Made by a program: the position numbers and the translations under genes. 10,228 nt of DNA from an uncultured Verrucomicrobiales bacterium (lineage in GTDB: Bacteria; Verrucomicrobiota; Verrucomicrobiia; Verrucomicrobiales; DEV007). The notes under the pieces were generated by a model that worked only from the letters and a program-made list of their open reading frames with translations, made no database searches and was not told the origin of the DNA. This document shows, one piece after another, positions 8,087 through 10,228 of this stretch. The DNA lies in the NCBI GenBank assembly GCA_938091905.1, contig CALKOM010000175.1, positions 1 to 10,228 on the forward strand, read 5' to 3'. Numbering within the stretch: position 1 is the stretch's first letter; the number at the start of each line of letters is the position of its first letter.

Positions 8087-8115
8087 GCATTTGGTGGGCG
8101 AGGTTCACCAAATGT
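8087..8115 (+). terminator. 13-bp hairpin downstream of the sulfatase-lactonase gene, possible terminator
   Basis: GCATTTGGTGGGC-GAG-GTTCACCAAATGT: 10 Watson-Crick plus 3 G-U pairs, about 60 bp after the stop. No U-tract. Confidence 0.45.
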
Positions 8116-8220
8116 GTGGTCCCGCGAGAATTGATTACGAAAAAGAGCGTTAGTTTTTCCGATCGGCGGCAGTGATCTTCAGGGCTGAACTCATCAGCAA
8201 CGTTCATACGTAGGCCTTGC

Positions 8221-8325
8221 GATTTAGCGGCTATTGGTAAGAAGCCCAAAGCAGCCGTGAAGGCCTGCAAGCTGACTGAAGACCAAGCCAAAGCAAAGTG
8301 GGTTGAGATCACGAAAGGCAACTAG
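8221..8325 (+). pseudogene. Probable 3' remnant of a gene, or a small ORF (...DLAAIGKKPKAAVKACKLTEDQAKAKWVEITKGN*)
   Basis: Open frame from 8176 to TAG 8323-8325 with protein-like composition and mostly purine-first codons from about 8221. No ATG; only an internal GTG at 8257. Followed by a long hairpin. Confidence 0.35.
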
Positions 8326-8348
8326 ACGGACGATCTTTGCCATGACAT

Positions 8349-8397
8349 TCGGTGAAAGCACTTTCTCGCCTTCGCTGGGTGGGAAGTGCTTTTCCGA
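8349..8397 (+). other. Long imperfect inverted repeat (about 20-bp stem)
   Basis: AAAGCACTT 8355-8363 pairs perfectly with AAGTGCTTT 8384-8392; extended outward by TCGG/CCGA and inward by G-C and G-U pairs. Confidence 0.6.
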
Positions 8398-8707
8398 TTC
8401 ACTCGCCTCCGTAGGAGCCTTGGAGCTACCGAACTCTCTTGCAACCGGCATGGGAATCCGAGATTGTTAGTGCGCCACGGAAGATCCCGAGGCGCAGCTA
8501 GAAATTACCCTTATCAAGGTACTAACGTCTCGCTAGAAGCGATTCAATCCGTAGCGCTGGCTTAACGCCAATGGACTCCAACCGGCACGTCGAATGAGAG
8601 AATCTCGGAGAGGTTTCTATGAAAGTTTTCCAAATATCCCAGTAGGATGTGGAGAAGAGGTAGTGCCGGTTCTCACGGTAACAGCGAATCAATGGACACC
8701 ACCTCTC

Positions 8708-9673
8708 ATGAACAATTTTAAACTCCCATTTGTTGCACTCGCTGCGAGCCTGCTGCTGAACTTGGCTTCCCTGCAAAACGCAGTCGCACGACAAGAATTT
8801 ACACTGCCCAAAGACGTTGCTGAGCGTAGCATCAATATCAATAGCGAAGGCACTCGTCTGGCAGCCCACGTATTCACGTTAAAATCAGCCTCATCCACCG
8901 CAAAGCTACCGGCCATTATCATGGCCCAGGGATGGGGGGGCACCCAATCGAGTCTGTTTAGAGATGCTGCCGAGTTCGCCCAAGCCGGATTCTTTGTAAT
9001 GACTTTCGATTTCCGCGGCTGGGGCGAGAGCGATTCCCGGGTCGTATTAACCGGCGCCCCGCCCGATAATAGTGCGCTGAAATTCACCGCCGAGGTGCGA
9101 GCGATCCGGGAAGTCATGGATCCGCTTGATATGGGCATGGACTGGCTCAATGTGCTGCACTGGATTCAGGGCGAGGATCAAGTAGACACGGACAATATTG
9201 GAATTTGGGGATCAAGCATGGCCGGTGGATTTGCAATCTATGCGGCCGCAAACGACCTGCGCGTCAAGGCAATCCATAGCCAGGTAACTGGAACCCTGGA
9301 CGGGCGAGAAATGGGTCGGACAAGGGAGGCATTGCAGGAAGCTACCAAGCGCGCTCGAGGCGAATTAGCCTACCCCGAACCGCGAACGGACTGGAATGGC
9401 TTAAGTGGTTATCCAATCTTTGCGCGATTTCCGGCCTATGTTCCTGCCGACATGCTTCGAGCAAACACTAAAGTCGCCTTGCAGATCGTACTCGCTGAAA
9501 AAGAGGAGTATGGAACCAATCCTGCAGCAATAGCCTTATATGAGGCACATCAGGGACCCAAGAACCTGGAGATCATCCAGGACATCAAACACTACGGCAT
9601 TTATACAACGGGTAGAGCTCGCTCTCACGCGCTCGCAGAAGCCTGGTTCAAACAGCAACTGACTGCTCAATAG
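8708..9673 (+). CDS. Secreted alpha/beta hydrolase (CocE/NonD, peptidase S15 or dienelactone-hydrolase-like)
   Basis: ORF 8594..9673; ATG 8708 gives signal-like MNNFKLPFVALAASLLLNLASLQNAVA. Motifs PAIIMAQGWGG, FDFRGWGESD, nucleophile elbow GIWGSSMAGG (Ser 9215-9217), acid region AEKEEY and His in KHYGIY (9590-9592). Confidence 0.9.
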   Translation: MNNFKLPFVALAASLLLNLASLQNAVARQEFTLPKDVAERSININSEGTRLAAHVFTLKSASSTAKLPAIIMAQGWGGTQSSLFRDAAEFAQAGFFVMTFDFRGWGESDSRVVLTGAPPDNSALKFTAEVRAIREVMDPLDMGMDWLNVLHWIQGEDQVDTDNIGIWGSSMAGGFAIYAAANDLRVKAIHSQVTGTLDGREMGRTREALQEATKRARGELAYPEPRTDWNGLSGYPIFARFPAYVPADMLRANTKVALQIVLAEKEEYGTNPAAIALYEAHQGPKNLEIIQDIKHYGIYTTGRARSHALAEAWFKQQLTAQ

Positions 9674-9851
9674 GAAAACAAAGGGCACGCCATTTTCTCA
9701 AAGTCATGTGCGTTTTGACCGTTTCTAAGATTGAATCTCTGACAACTGAAACGGAATCTTGTTGTTAGAACAGTTCCGGCTACTGGTCATCTAATTTCAC
9801 GAGCCTCACGCTACCACGGTTTCGTTCGTGGTCGCTTCGTTGACTCAAGTT

Positions 9852-9877
9852 TGAGATGCAATGGATATCTGGACCAG
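9852..9877. repeat. Putative right terminal inverted repeat of the IS3-family element
   Basis: TGAGATGCAATGGATATCTGGACCAG read inward: starts with TG, has an inner CTGGACCA-type block and lies just after the transposase stop. The partner repeat is outside the window, so the inner boundary is approximate. Confidence 0.65.
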
Positions 9878-9883
9878 ACTCGC

Positions 9884-10228
9884 TTAGTTTAGTGATAGTG
9901 TTTGAGCTTCAAACTCAGCTGGTGTGAGGTAGCCAAGCGAAGAGTGTTTTCTCTTCGTGTTGTAGTAAGAATCAAGATAGGCAAAGAGTTCAGTTCGGGC
10001 ATCTTCTTCGGTCTCGAATCGTCCTCCCTGGAGCATCTCTGCTTTCATCGTTCCAATAAAGGATTCAGTCCAGGCATTGTCGTACGGGTTGGCTCGGGCT
10101 GACATGCTTTGAGCCATGCCTGTTCTGCTCATCGTTTCACGGAAGGCCTTGCTCCCGTATTGGCTCCCACGATCACTATGAAAGATTCGATTTGGCCTTC
10201 TCTCGGTTGATTGGAGAGCTTGGTCTAG
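9884..10228 (-). CDS. IS3-family transposase OrfB, C-terminal part (rve/DDE integrase core), 5'-partial
   Basis: Frame is open from the window edge: LDQALQSTERRPNRIFHSDRGSQYGSKAFRETMSRTGMAQSMSARANPYDNAWTESFIGTMKAE...YYNTKRKHSSLGYLTPAEFE. HSDRGSQY (10180-10157), DNAxxESF and YNxxRxHSSLGYxTP are IS3 hallmarks. Confidence 0.96.
   Translation of the reverse strand, partial: LDQALQSTERRPNRIFHSDRGSQYGSKAFRETMSRTGMAQSMSARANPYDNAWTESFIGTMKAEMLQGGRFETEEDARTELFAYLDSYYNTKRKHSSLGYLTPAEFEAQTLSLN

Larger units (their letters stand above)
9852..10228 (-). mobile_element. IS3-family insertion sequence, right-hand part (truncated by window edge)
   Basis: Integrase-core transposase 3' end followed about 30 bp later by a terminus ending ...TCTCA-3' on the - strand, matching the TG...CA ends of IS3-family elements. 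Confidence 0.9.

Noticed and set aside
1262..8134. Many short alternative-frame and antisense ORFs inside the main genes (e.g. 1262..1699, 5323..5850, 7586..8134)
   Set aside because: Shadow ORFs expected at this GC content, Arg/Ser/Pro-rich, and overlapping well-supported genes.
8022..8451. Minus-strand ORFs 8022..8321 and 8224..8451 as real genes
   Set aside because: No recognisable motifs, they overlap each other and the hairpins, and the + frame looks more coding-like.
8594..8707. N-terminal extension of the hydrolase ORF
   Set aside because: The signal-peptide-like segment starts at ATG 8708; the upstream part has no family features.
8026..8707. Known housekeeping RNA (tmRNA, RNase P, SRP), group II intron or cobalamin riboswitch in the large gap
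   Set aside because: No tRNA-like ends, no GAGGAAAGTCC RNase P motif, no domain V signature and no B12 box were found by eye.
8934..8940. G7 homopolymer as a phase-variation tract
   Set aside because: Short, and explained by the conserved Trp-Gly-Gly codons.
398..9851. Integron cassette array (co-oriented heterogeneous genes, intergenic palindromes, GTTAG motifs at 102, 8149, 8466 and 9764)
   Set aside because: No site has a proper RYYYAAC...GTTRRRY pair with L boxes at attC spacing, the short gaps at 1394-1446 and 5499-5547 contain none, the genes are large for cassettes, and no integrase is present.

Overview
Bacterial accessory-type region; the gene families suggest a Planctomycetota/Verrucomicrobiota (PVC) host, which is inference. 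Five large + strand genes all begin with signal-peptide-like N-termini: (1) an uncharacterised HEXXH+E gluzincin-like metallopeptidase, (2) a PQQ-like/BamB-type beta-propeller protein, (3) a DUF5117/DUF4953-type metzincin metalloprotease, (4) an in-frame fusion of a Cys-type S1 sulfatase to a Pgl/YbhE-like 7-bladed lactonase, and (5) an alpha/beta hydrolase. The window ends in the 3' part and right inverted repeat of an IS3-family element on the - strand. A ~680 bp gap between genes 4 and 5 holds several long hairpins and what looks like the 3' remnant of a gene. The most notable item is the sulfatase-lactonase fusion; whether it is undescribed cannot be established without a database search. 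No rRNA, tRNA, CRISPR array or convincing integron was seen.
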